Virus record (IMG/VR): IMGVR_UViG_3300020577_006811
Location: 1-64,000 of that record
Reading direction: 5' to 3' (one strand)
Length of the DNA: 64,000 nucleotides
DNA from: a virus
Taxonomy: Duplodnaviria; Caudoviricetes
The notes under the pieces are model-generated. The model did no database searches, was not told the DNA's origin, and saw only the letters and a program-made list of their open reading frames with translations. Positions 23,808 to 32,423 of this stretch are shown here, piece after piece. Both the position numbers and the translations under genes were made by a program. The stretch's first letter is position 1. Each line of letters opens with the position of its first letter.

Positions 23808-24245
23808 ATGAAGCTTCCCATGCGGTCCAAGATGGGCCAATCCCCTAAGCTCCGTCGCATCGGGGCCATGGGGTCCATGAAGATGGCCAAGAAAGCCGAG
23901 AACGCGCCGCGCAAGTACGCGAGCGGCGGTATCGTTGAGGCGGGCCCCGCCGTGGAGGGCGATGCGCCGAAGGCCCGTCTGGATAAACCCGGCCGCAGCA
24001 AGGGCAAGAAGGACGCCGGCAAGAAAGGCACCACGGTCAACATCGTAATTGCATCCGGCAGCAAACCCGCCGCACCTGACGCTATGCCGATGCCGCCCCC
24101 CGGCGCCGGCCCCATGCCGCCTCCGGCCCCCCCGCCCGGCATGCCGATGCGCGCCAGCGGTGGTCGCGTGCACGACGACAAGGCCCAAGACGAGGCGCTG
24201 TTCAACAAGATGATCAAGGCGCACGACGCGAAGAAGAAGTCCTAA
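23808..24245 (+). CDS. small basic Pro-rich protein with AxGG motifs
   Basis: KYASGGIV, VEGDAPKARLDKPGR, MRASGGRV. Confidence 0.7.
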   Translation: MKLPMRSKMGQSPKLRRIGAMGSMKMAKKAENAPRKYASGGIVEAGPAVEGDAPKARLDKPGRSKGKKDAGKKGTTVNIVIASGSKPAAPDAMPMPPPGAGPMPPPAPPPGMPMRASGGRVHDDKAQDEALFNKMIKAHDAKKKS

Positions 24246-24269
24246 CCCCAACCTGACGGAGACTGCCCC

Positions 24270-24380
24270 ATGTCCAAAGCCCCAAAGCCGCAGAAGTCCA
24301 TCATGAAGATCAAGGCCGGCGCCGGTTCAGCGGTTGGCCGACTGCAGAAAGCCGCTGCGCAGGCCAAGAAGGGAAAGTGA
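24270..24380 (+). CDS. small basic protein (36 aa)
   Basis: GGAG RBS; MSKAPKPQKSIMKIKAGAGSAVGRLQKAAAQAKKGK. Confidence 0.6.
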   Translation: MSKAPKPQKSIMKIKAGAGSAVGRLQKAAAQAKKGK

Positions 24381-24383
24381 CGC

Positions 24384-24668
24384 ATGACGGCTAAGACCGC
24401 TGCGACTGCCCCCGCCCCTGTACAAGAACCGCCGGCTCGGGAAGCCTACATCCCGAGCCATCCTGTCCTAGCGCCAGACCCAGTTGCCGTTCACCCGAAG
24501 GATCGCGACTGCTGCGGCAACTGTCCCGGCTGGAAGCAGGCGCACCCAAAGGCCCCATTTGGGCAGTGCCTTCCGGCCATCCGCTGGCTCGGCGCCCCCA
24601 TGTACACCCCCGATCTTGCCGGGTGCACGCTGGATGAGGCAACCAAGGCCAAGGGCGCAACGCGCTAA
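24384..24668 (+). CDS. Cys-rich hypothetical protein
   Basis: CCGNC...FGQC...AGC. Confidence 0.65.
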   Translation: MTAKTAATAPAPVQEPPAREAYIPSHPVLAPDPVAVHPKDRDCCGNCPGWKQAHPKAPFGQCLPAIRWLGAPMYTPDLAGCTLDEATKAKGATR

Positions 24669-24673
24669 CCGCC

Positions 24674-24898
24674 ATGGCCGCACTCACCCTTGATACCGCC
24701 GCCCTGCGCCTGTTGGCCAAGAAGGTTGACACCCTCATTGAGATCAACCGGCACAACCTCGGTACGGGCAACGCTCTCGTCCCCGGTGACGCAAATGCCA
24801 CAGCGCTCAACTATAGTAGCGCTGTCGGCTACATTCGTGCGCTGCACGATATTCTCGGCATGTGCGAAGACGTAGAGGATGAACTTCGCAAGATGTGA
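24674..24898 (+). CDS. hypothetical head-region protein
   Basis: In operon, GC3-rich. Confidence 0.65.
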   Translation: MAALTLDTAALRLLAKKVDTLIEINRHNLGTGNALVPGDANATALNYSSAVGYIRALHDILGMCEDVEDELRKM

Positions 24899-24950
24899 CG
24901 ACTGATTTGGCTTGTATTGCGTACCGTCCGAAACCTGAGGGTCCGCAACC

Positions 24951-25403
24951 ATGAGCACGCTTCTCAAGTCCCCCATTCTCAGCCGCATGAAGATTGATCT
25001 TCAAAAGCTGGCAGAGCGGGACGGGAAAACATCATTCAAGGACTTGGTCTTCAAGAACATTGGCAAGCTGGACGACTTCGTCGTGCTTGGCGATGACGTC
25101 TTGGTGGCGACCTACGTCAAGATGGGCCGCACCGCTGGCGGCATCATTCTCACCGACAAATCGGTGGACGAGGACCGCTGGCAGGGCAAGGTGGGCCTCG
25201 TTCTGAAGCTTGGCGAAAGCGCCTTCAAGTACGAAGGGGCCTACGAATACAAGGGCACCGTTCCCAAGGTTGGCGACTACGTCGTGTTCCACACCAGCGA
25301 CACGCGAGAGGTTGGCATCAATGGCCATTCTTGCCGCACGGTGTCTTCCAGCTTGGTCCGCATGATCCTTCCAGATGAAGCCGCCGCCGATTCGATCTAC
25401 TGA
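24951..25403 (+). CDS. groES: GroES/Cpn10-like co-chaperonin
   Basis: LGDDVLV...RTAGGIILTD...G.VLKLG...KVGDYVVF. Confidence 0.85.
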   Translation: MSTLLKSPILSRMKIDLQKLAERDGKTSFKDLVFKNIGKLDDFVVLGDDVLVATYVKMGRTAGGIILTDKSVDEDRWQGKVGLVLKLGESAFKYEGAYEYKGTVPKVGDYVVFHTSDTREVGINGHSCRTVSSSLVRMILPDEAAADSIY

Positions 25404-25448
25404 CCGGGCCTGCGCTTCCTCTGACCTTCAACAACCACGGACACCGTC

Positions 25449-26618
25449 ATGATTGACAACACGCAACCCATCCCCGTTGACGACGACTTCAGCGACCTTC
25501 TCGTGGAGATCGCCCCCGACAGTATGGAGATGGGGCAGGATGCCGACGGCATGCCAAAGGCGATGCCGGCCGAAGCCAAGGCCGCTCCTGTGGCCAAGGA
25601 GATGGTGGAGAAAGCCCCCCCGGTTCCCAAGCCCAAGTTCAGCGATGCCGATTACGAAGCGACGCAGGAAGCCCTGCGGCAGGCGCGCGAAGAGGCGGAA
25701 GCCTTGGCCCGTGACCGCACGCAGGAGCGTGAGGCACGGCTGAAGGCCGAACGGGACGCGCACAAACTGCACTACGCGGCGGTCAACGCGCATGCGCAGA
25801 AGGTGCAGGCGGAACTGGACCATGTGACCGACTCCATCAACCACTGGGAGACGACAGCCGAAGTGGCGCGGCGCAATCTGGCCTTGTCGCTGGAAGCGCA
25901 GAACGCCGAAGAAATCTCGAAGTGGACCAGCGCTATTGCCAAGGCGGAAACGTCAATCTCATCCCTCAAGAACGCACTGCCGACGCTGGAACACGAACAG
26001 CGGCTGGCGGCCCGGGATGTTGACATCGCGTCACGCACGCCGCAGCCGGAAGCCAAGAAAGAAGACCCAGCACCTCCTAAGCAGCAGACCCCCGACGACT
26101 GGATTGCCACGCAGCGCAAGGCGGTGGGCAGCAAGTTTGCGGATTGGCTGGACAACAACCGCGAGTTCGTCACCAACCGCAAGATGCATGAGAAGTTTCT
26201 GGCGTTCGCCAACAACTTCCAGGTCGTGGAGGAAATGCCCCTCAACAGCGACCAGTTCATTGAGGCCCTGAACGCCAAGTTCTTGGGCAAGCAACCCAAG
26301 CCGGAGGCCGAGGCCGTGAACGAAGAGCCCGAGACCCACGAGGACGCAGAGGAAGCCCCGGCCGCAACACCGGCCAAGCGCACGACGGTGGCGGCTCCCG
26401 TAACGCGCGGTCGCCCCGCCCAGCCGTCGTCGTCGGCCAACAAGATCACGCTGACCCGGGAGCAGTATGGCATCGCCCCGGATCTCTACCCCTCGTACAA
26501 CGACCTCTCCCCGGAAACGCGTGCCAAGTTCCCGGCCTGGTCGGAGAACGCCGCGCGCTATCAGTACAGCCAGGATCTGAAGCGCGCACAGGCCGACGGC
26601 AAGTTCAGCCGCGGCTAA
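25449..26618 (+). CDS. putative capsid scaffolding protein
   Basis: Acidic coiled coil upstream of the capsid genes; C-terminal KITLTREQ motif. Confidence 0.7.
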   Translation: MIDNTQPIPVDDDFSDLLVEIAPDSMEMGQDADGMPKAMPAEAKAAPVAKEMVEKAPPVPKPKFSDADYEATQEALRQAREEAEALARDRTQEREARLKAERDAHKLHYAAVNAHAQKVQAELDHVTDSINHWETTAEVARRNLALSLEAQNAEEISKWTSAIAKAETSISSLKNALPTLEHEQRLAARDVDIASRTPQPEAKKEDPAPPKQQTPDDWIATQRKAVGSKFADWLDNNREFVTNRKMHEKFLAFANNFQVVEEMPLNSDQFIEALNAKFLGKQPKPEAEAVNEEPETHEDAEEAPAATPAKRTTVAAPVTRGRPAQPSSSANKITLTREQYGIAPDLYPSYNDLSPETRAKFPAWSENAARYQYSQDLKRAQADGKFSRG

Positions 26619-26666
26619 CCCCCTTTTCTGTTGCGTCCCCTCAGCCTCTCCTAGGAGACACTGCCC

Positions 26667-27299
26667 ATGGCCACCCGCACCGCCCGTCCTGCCGCCGCTG
26701 AGCCCGCCCGACAGGCCCCCGCCGCCCCGCCGCCCGACCGCGAACCCGCGCGCGCCGAAGCCCGCGAGGCCGTCAACACGGGACCCATCATCCCAGGCCG
26801 CGCCGTTGCCTACAACCGTGCCGGCATGCCGATCCAGCGTGCAGGCGCCGAAACCGGCGTGGACGAGTTCTTCATCCCGCCGCACCTGCCCCCCGCCGGC
26901 TGGTCCTGGGAATGGAAGCGCGAGAGCAACCGCGGCGAAACCGACCCCTTCTACATGAGCAAGCTCATGCAGGTCGGCTGGGAGCCCGTCATGTACGAAA
27001 GCTACCCCGGCGTCTTCGCGCCCGTCTACGACGACCAAGGCAAGGAAATGAAGGGCCCCGTTCGCCGCAAGGGCCTGATGCTTATGGAGCGCTCGGCCGT
27101 TCTGACCGAGGAAGCGTTTCTGGACGAAAAGCGCCGCGCGGACGAACGGGTCGGCACCGCCAAGCACCAGTACAGCCGTCTGGATACCGGCGGCACGTCC
27201 ACAGTCGAGATTGACGACGCGGCCCGCCGGATGTCCGGCATCCGGACTACGCGCGAGGTTGTCGATTATCCGCCCGGTCAACGTCAGCGGATTGAATGA
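26667..27299 (+). CDS. conserved head-region protein
   Basis: PAGWSWEWKR...G..DP...GWEPV...GLMLMER; AGGAG RBS. Confidence 0.75.
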   Translation: MATRTARPAAAEPARQAPAAPPPDREPARAEAREAVNTGPIIPGRAVAYNRAGMPIQRAGAETGVDEFFIPPHLPPAGWSWEWKRESNRGETDPFYMSKLMQVGWEPVMYESYPGVFAPVYDDQGKEMKGPVRRKGLMLMERSAVLTEEAFLDEKRRADERVGTAKHQYSRLDTGGTSTVEIDDAARRMSGIRTTREVVDYPPGQRQRIE

Positions 27300-27333
27300 C
27301 CTGAGTGACGCGTGTGCGAGACGCGAAACGCAG

Positions 27334-27365
27334 AAAGGCGCTCTTCGGGGCGCCTTTTTTGTTTT
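27334..27365 (+). terminator. intrinsic terminator
   Basis: AAAGGCGCTC-TTCG-GGGCGCCTTT followed by a T run. Confidence 0.8.
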
Positions 27366-27489
27366 CCACGCCACACATTTTGGCTTGCTTGCCGGAAATT
27401 CAAAAAATGCGTGGTTAATTTTATTGACGCTTGACACCTGCGCATGGATAACCATCCGCACAGTGTTCATTGGCGTACCCGAAACCGAA

Positions 27490-27706
27490 CCATCTCCAAC
27501 AACAGAGATGGGAGGGCGACCAATGCCCCGGGAAAGTAATCTCCCACCGGCCACGCCGGTTGAGTAAGGTGAAAGCCTAAGCGGAGACCAGCAGCCCACG
27601 CCCCCGACGTAAGTTGGGAGTGCGTCCGTTCCTGAAACGGCGCTGGTCTCTTTCCCGTTGCGGATGACGCAGCGGCCAGAGAAGCGCCTAAACAAATAGG
27701 TGCTTC
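27490..27706 (+). ncRNA. putative structured 5-prime leader RNA of the capsid operon
   Basis: At least nine stems including a 9-bp long-range helix and two GNRA loops; last stem covers the RBS. Confidence 0.55.
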
Positions 27707-27711
27707 CTCTC

Positions 27712-28362
27712 ATGGCAAATCAGTTCGCACCCTATGGTCTCCTGCCGATTCAGTCGGCAGTCGGCGCCGCCTCGAATTTCGAGATGGTGCAGGCGCAAAT
27801 CGCCTACAACGATACGACGCCGATCTACCGCGGCGACCCGGTCAAGCTCCTCAGCACCGGCTACGTGTCACAGTGGAGCGCCGGCACTGCCGTGTCGCAA
27901 CTCTACGGCATCTTCTGGGGTGTGCATTACCTGAGTTCGTCTCAGGGCAAGCTTGTCCCCAATAACTTCTGGCCCGGCGCCGACGTTGCCTCCACAGCCC
28001 AGAACACCATCGTCGCCGATATCATCCCCTGCACCGGCAGCGCCCCGCCGCTCTTCCGCGTCCAGTCGGATGCCACGGGCGTTGCTTTCGCCGACATCGG
28101 CCAGAACATTGACGTGGCCCTCGGCACCGGCAGCGCGCTCAGCGGCAAGTCGGGCGCCTACCTCAACACCAGCACGCTCAACACCACGGCCACGCTCCCC
28201 TTCCGCCTCGTCCAGCTCTACGGCGGTCTCCCCGGCGCAGGCGGCTTCATGGGCGCCCAGCCCAACGACGCGGGCAACCCCTACGGCGGCTCTGCAACCG
28301 GCGCCTACAACTGGGTCATCGTCCGCGCCAACGTCACGGGCGCTGGTGCAACCGGCATCTAA
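27712..28362 (+). CDS. putative head decoration / minor capsid protein
   Basis: MANQFAPYGL.P...IY.GDPV; directly upstream of the MCP. Confidence 0.7.
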   Translation: MANQFAPYGLLPIQSAVGAASNFEMVQAQIAYNDTTPIYRGDPVKLLSTGYVSQWSAGTAVSQLYGIFWGVHYLSSSQGKLVPNNFWPGADVASTAQNTIVADIIPCTGSAPPLFRVQSDATGVAFADIGQNIDVALGTGSALSGKSGAYLNTSTLNTTATLPFRLVQLYGGLPGAGGFMGAQPNDAGNPYGGSATGAYNWVIVRANVTGAGATGI

Positions 28363-28412
28363 GGCCGAACACGTCTCTCTCAACGGCCGCTGAGCCAAAA
28401 GGAAACTGACAC

Positions 28413-29324
28413 ATGGCAGCTAATAGCGCACAAATTCGCAACCTCCTCCTCCCGGGCCTGTACAAGGTCGCGGGTCAGTACGAGCGTTACCCCAAGGAGT
28501 GGTCGCAGATCTTTACGACCGTCAAGAGCACCCTGCAGACCGAATCTGCCGTGCAGACCCGCATTCTGGGCCTCGCGCAGATGAAGGTGGAAGGCGGCGC
28601 AACGGCCTTTGACAACAACATGGGCCAGCGCTGGGTGTGGAACGCCACCGCCTTCGAAGTGGCGCTCGGCTACGCAATCACCCTGCGCGCCATTGAAGAC
28701 AACCAGTACACCAAGGATTTCAACATGATGAACCTGAAGCTGATCGACAGCTTCAGCCAGTTCAAGGAAATCCAGGGTGCCAACATTCTCAACAACGGTC
28801 AGACCTACGATCCGACCGTTGGCGGTGACGGCGTGGCTCTGTTCTCCACGGCGCATCCCTACGACCTCGGCACATGGGCCAACACGTTCTCCACGCAGTT
28901 GGACCTCAACGAGTCGTCCCTGCTGCAGGCCTACGTGAATATCGGCTCCACGTTCGTGGACGAAGCCGGTCTGCGCGTGAACGCCAAGGCCACCAAGCTC
29001 ATCGTCCCCCCAGCCCTTGAGCCCGTTGCCCTGCGTCTGATGCGCTCGGAAATGCGCCCCGGCACCAGCAACAACGACCCCAACGTCATCCCGATGATGG
29101 AGGCCGGCACCGACAAGATGATGGTCTACCATTACCTCACGTCCAACTACGCGTGGTTCGTGAAAACCGACAAGGACGGCCTGCACTACTTCGACCGCAT
29201 CGCATTTGATGCGGACTCCTGGATCGACAACGTCACGGACAATATCCTACATAAAGGGAGAGAGCGCTACACATTTTCCTACCGCGATCCCCGAGCCATT
29301 TGGGGAAGTTTCCCTACATCCTAA
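28413..29324 (+). CDS. major capsid protein
   Basis: AQIRNLLLPGL, K.EG....D, .ALG.AIT..AIEDN.Y, DGVALFSTAHP, LIVPP.LE..A.RL, RY.FS..DPR motifs. Confidence 0.9.
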   Translation: MAANSAQIRNLLLPGLYKVAGQYERYPKEWSQIFTTVKSTLQTESAVQTRILGLAQMKVEGGATAFDNNMGQRWVWNATAFEVALGYAITLRAIEDNQYTKDFNMMNLKLIDSFSQFKEIQGANILNNGQTYDPTVGGDGVALFSTAHPYDLGTWANTFSTQLDLNESSLLQAYVNIGSTFVDEAGLRVNAKATKLIVPPALEPVALRLMRSEMRPGTSNNDPNVIPMMEAGTDKMMVYHYLTSNYAWFVKTDKDGLHYFDRIAFDADSWIDNVTDNILHKGRERYTFSYRDPRAIWGSFPTS

Positions 29325-29491
29325 CAAAAATGGGGCTGAGAGCATGTACCGCTCTCAGCCCAATCCTCTAATATCGCAAACTGACCTGCTCACGGTAAAT
29401 TAACAATTAAAGTCGAAGGAGGCCTTGTCCTGATATGGGTGCGGCTATACACATATCTCTGTCGGTAGACCGCCCATCGAAAGGAACGCCC

Positions 29492-30619
29492 ATGTCCCGT
29501 CACGCTGAGAACGTTTTGTCCACGGTCACGCAAGATCGCCTCATGCATCTTCTCGCCTACGACCCTGACACTGGATCACTGTCATGGCGCAACCCCTTGT
29601 CCCCCGCCGTCCGAGCTGGAGACGTGGCCGGAACGGTGTCCGGTAAAAACAACAAATATCGGTATGTATCCATTGATGGCAGTGTGTTTCTTGCGCATCG
29701 GCTTGCGTGGCTTATGGTTTATGGTGCTTGGCCAGGGGCCGAAATTAGTGCGCGAGACGGCAACCTTCTCAATTTAAGAATTGGAAATCTCTACATCCGC
29801 TCCAAGGCGGAAGTTATTGCGGCGCGCAAGACCCGCTCTAAGTCCGGCATTAAAGGCGTCTATCAACAACCTGGGGGCAAGTGGTCGGCTCAAATTCGGC
29901 GCGACTACCAATTTGTGCATTTGGGCACGTTTGCGACTAAAGAAGAGGCTGGCAAAGCGGTGGCCGCCGCAAATGATCAACCACTTGATAAGTGGCCGCG
30001 CAAAGAAACGAATGACCTAGCGCGGCGCTCAACACGCAACAGCCTCTTGCATGGACTTTGGAAGAGAACCTTGCGCGACAACACCGTTGCTCCTGAATGG
30101 AACGCCTTTTCGGCTTTTGCCGCCGATGTAGGAGAAATGGCGTATCCGCACTGCAGGCTTGTCCCGCTGGATGGAAATGCAGTTCTTGGGCCCGAAAACT
30201 TCAGTGTTGAAGCCCGGGCGAAATTCGATCGCAAGACACCAGAAGGACGCCGCGCGTACTATTTGCACAAAAACAAAGTGCGCAAGCCGCAGATGCGCGA
30301 ACACCATCTTCAGCGAAAATTCGATCTTTCGCTTGAGGAGTACGCCGCCATGTCAAAGGCTCAGGGCGATGTATGCGCCATCTGCAGGCAGCCAGAAACG
30401 GCAACGCGCCTTGGCACGAAATTGCCCCTTGCCGTGGATCACTGCCACGGCAGCGGCGAAATTCGCGAACTGCTGTGCCGTGATTGTAACCACGTGCTTG
30501 GCAAGTTCAAAGACGATCCCTCGCGCTTCCGCGCGGCAGCCGACTACCTTGATCGGCATCGCGCGAAAGTTGATAGCGTTCCCGCGTCTTCTCCCGTCCC
30601 CCTAGAAAAGGAGCGCTAG
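29492..30619 (+). CDS. composite homing endonuclease: degenerate HNH + AP2 + second degenerate HNH-like module + endonuclease VII domain
   Basis: FLAHRLAWLMVYG.WP; SGIKGVY...W.AQI...HLGTF; CAICRQP...LAVDHCH...RELLCRDCN. Confidence 0.85.
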   Translation: MSRHAENVLSTVTQDRLMHLLAYDPDTGSLSWRNPLSPAVRAGDVAGTVSGKNNKYRYVSIDGSVFLAHRLAWLMVYGAWPGAEISARDGNLLNLRIGNLYIRSKAEVIAARKTRSKSGIKGVYQQPGGKWSAQIRRDYQFVHLGTFATKEEAGKAVAAANDQPLDKWPRKETNDLARRSTRNSLLHGLWKRTLRDNTVAPEWNAFSAFAADVGEMAYPHCRLVPLDGNAVLGPENFSVEARAKFDRKTPEGRRAYYLHKNKVRKPQMREHHLQRKFDLSLEEYAAMSKAQGDVCAICRQPETATRLGTKLPLAVDHCHGSGEIRELLCRDCNHVLGKFKDDPSRFRAAADYLDRHRAKVDSVPASSPVPLEKER

Positions 30620-30626
30620 TCGCACC

Positions 30627-31583
30627 ATGACAGAAGTCGTTTACTCTGGCCCGCTCGTCACGGCTCCATCGAACCCGCTGGGCTCGACGGGCACGGGCTC
30701 GGCCAACCAGAACCCTCAGTCGGCGCCGAATTTTTGGCTGCACGGTGATGCGCTGATCGATCCGCGGACGCCGTTTACCTATAAGCCCGGTAGCGGCAGC
30801 GGCCCGTCTGGCAATTCGATGGCGTCGCGGCCGGTGTACGGCTGGTACGGCATGGGGTGCCAGGTGATCAACGCGGTTCCGTCCACGATTTCGGCGGTGA
30901 ACATTGCGGCGACGCAGGCTGCGGCGGCGACGATCACGCTGGTGTCGTCGTCGGGTGCTGGCATCACGGTGGGCGTGTCGATCACGAATGCGGTGACGGG
31001 CGCGACGGTGACGGGTCTGCTGGCGATTGACACGGCGATGGCGGGTCAGTCGTACGGGCAGGATGCGAAGTACAACGTCTGGGACCCGACGAAGGCGATC
31101 TCGCGCAATGTGCGCATTACGTCGGCTGCGGATGACAGCGGCAAGACGTTTACGGTGGTGGGGTACGATCTCTACGGCTACCCGATGTCGGAAGTGATCA
31201 CGGGCTCGAATGCGAGCGTGGCTTCGGGGGTGAAGGCCTTCAAGTACATTGCGTCCGTGACGCCGTCCACGACGCCGGCCGGCAACGTATCGGTGGGCAC
31301 GGGCGACGTGATCGGTCTGCCGCTGCGGTCGGATTACTTTGGCGACCTGCGCATTGTTTACAACAACGCGGTGATCACGGCCTCGACGGGGTATACGGCG
31401 GCGGATACGACGTCTCCGGCGACGACCACCACGGGCGACGTGCGTGGCACGTATGCGCTGCAGACGGCTTCGAACAACTCGCGGCGTCTGCAGGTGATCT
31501 TGATGCCGCCGGCTGCGAACTGCGCGACCGTTACTGGTTTGCTGGGCGTGGCGCAGAACCTGTCGTCCACGAACGGCAGTTAA
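30627..31583 (+). CDS. virion structural protein
   Basis: Ser/Thr/Ala/Gly-rich; RNVRITS..D.SGKTFTVVGYD.YG.P.SE domain. Confidence 0.75.
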   Translation: MTEVVYSGPLVTAPSNPLGSTGTGSANQNPQSAPNFWLHGDALIDPRTPFTYKPGSGSGPSGNSMASRPVYGWYGMGCQVINAVPSTISAVNIAATQAAAATITLVSSSGAGITVGVSITNAVTGATVTGLLAIDTAMAGQSYGQDAKYNVWDPTKAISRNVRITSAADDSGKTFTVVGYDLYGYPMSEVITGSNASVASGVKAFKYIASVTPSTTPAGNVSVGTGDVIGLPLRSDYFGDLRIVYNNAVITASTGYTAADTTSPATTTTGDVRGTYALQTASNNSRRLQVILMPPAANCATVTGLLGVAQNLSSTNGS

Positions 31584-31590
31584 GATTTCG

Positions 31591-31614
31591 CGGGGCGGTC
31601 TTCGGGCCGCCCCG
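31591..31614 (+). terminator. GC-rich hairpin / probable terminator
   Basis: CGGGGCGGTC-TTCG-GGCCGCCCCG; weak T tail. Confidence 0.5.
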
Positions 31615-31715
31615 TCTGCTTTCAAATTGCTGTCTGAAAAATTTCCTGTTTGTCCGTTTATGCGCTAAGCAAAACGTGTGCTCGCGTCTTCCTTACAATT
31701 TGGCAGGAGAAGATC

Positions 31716-32240
31716 ATGGATCTTTCCAAGATGCGCGCGCGCACGAAGATGCGCACAGTTGCGGGGCATTCTATTGCTCGGCAGAACCGGACATCGAAGG
31801 CTTTCACGAAGGCGGAGGCCGAGGCGAAGAACGCGCCGTATGCGGGCGAGTCTGGGATTGACGTTGAGGGCAACAAGCCGAAGCCGCGGCTGGATCGTCC
31901 GGCGCGGGCGTCGGGCGGTCGGGTGTGCCGCGCGGACGGCGGCGTGACGCTGTCTGAGGACAGCAAGAAGATGGCCGCGAAGTTGCGCGAAGACGCTTCT
32001 GACGATCAGAAGAGAGCTATCTTTAACGGCGGTGTCGCCGCCATGCTGGGCGGTTTGACAAAAGGCTCCAAGGTCGGCAAGGCGCTATTTGGTGCTAACG
32101 CGCTGATGGCCGGCACCGGGGCGCTTTCGGCTACGGGGAAAAGACTGGAAGCCAGAGAGATTGAACGTGGCCGCGCGGAAGAAGGCAAGGAAGACCGCAA
32201 GCGCGGCGGCCGTGTCGCTCGGGACAAGGATTGCGACTGA
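31716..32240 (+). CDS. basic AxGG-cassette protein (paralogue of 59572)
   Basis: RLDRPARASGGRVCRADGGVTLSEDSKK...GKEDRKRGGRV; AGGAG RBS. Confidence 0.75.
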   Translation: MDLSKMRARTKMRTVAGHSIARQNRTSKAFTKAEAEAKNAPYAGESGIDVEGNKPKPRLDRPARASGGRVCRADGGVTLSEDSKKMAAKLREDASDDQKRAIFNGGVAAMLGGLTKGSKVGKALFGANALMAGTGALSATGKRLEAREIERGRAEEGKEDRKRGGRVARDKDCD

Positions 32241-32422
32241 TGACTGGCAAGAACTGGATCAAGGCCGCGGTCGGCAAAAATCCGGGCGGCTTGCACAAGT
32301 CTCTTGGCATTCCGGCTGGCGAGAAAATCTCGGCAAAGAAATTGGCCAAGGCAGAGCATTCGTCCAATCCGAAGGTGCGCCGCCAAGCGAACCTGGCCAA
32401 GACGTTGAAAGGGCTGAAGTGA
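32240..32422 (+). CDS. small basic conserved phage protein
   Basis: KNWIKAAV...PGGLHKSLGIPAGEKI..KKL...ANLAKTL; TGATG coupling. Confidence 0.8.
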   Translation: MTGKNWIKAAVGKNPGGLHKSLGIPAGEKISAKKLAKAEHSSNPKVRRQANLAKTLKGLK

Positions 32423-32423
32423 T

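Noticed and set aside
27490-27711. Group I or group II intron in the capsid leader
   Set aside because: ACCAGCAGCC and GTGAAAG resemble intron fragments, but I found no R/S pair, no domain V and no interrupted gene.
26031-27713. 560-aa minus-strand ORF (also 30507-31625, 21501-22634, 17395-18384)
   Set aside because: Antisense shadows of GC-rich real genes; no RBS or motifs, and biased R/G/A composition.
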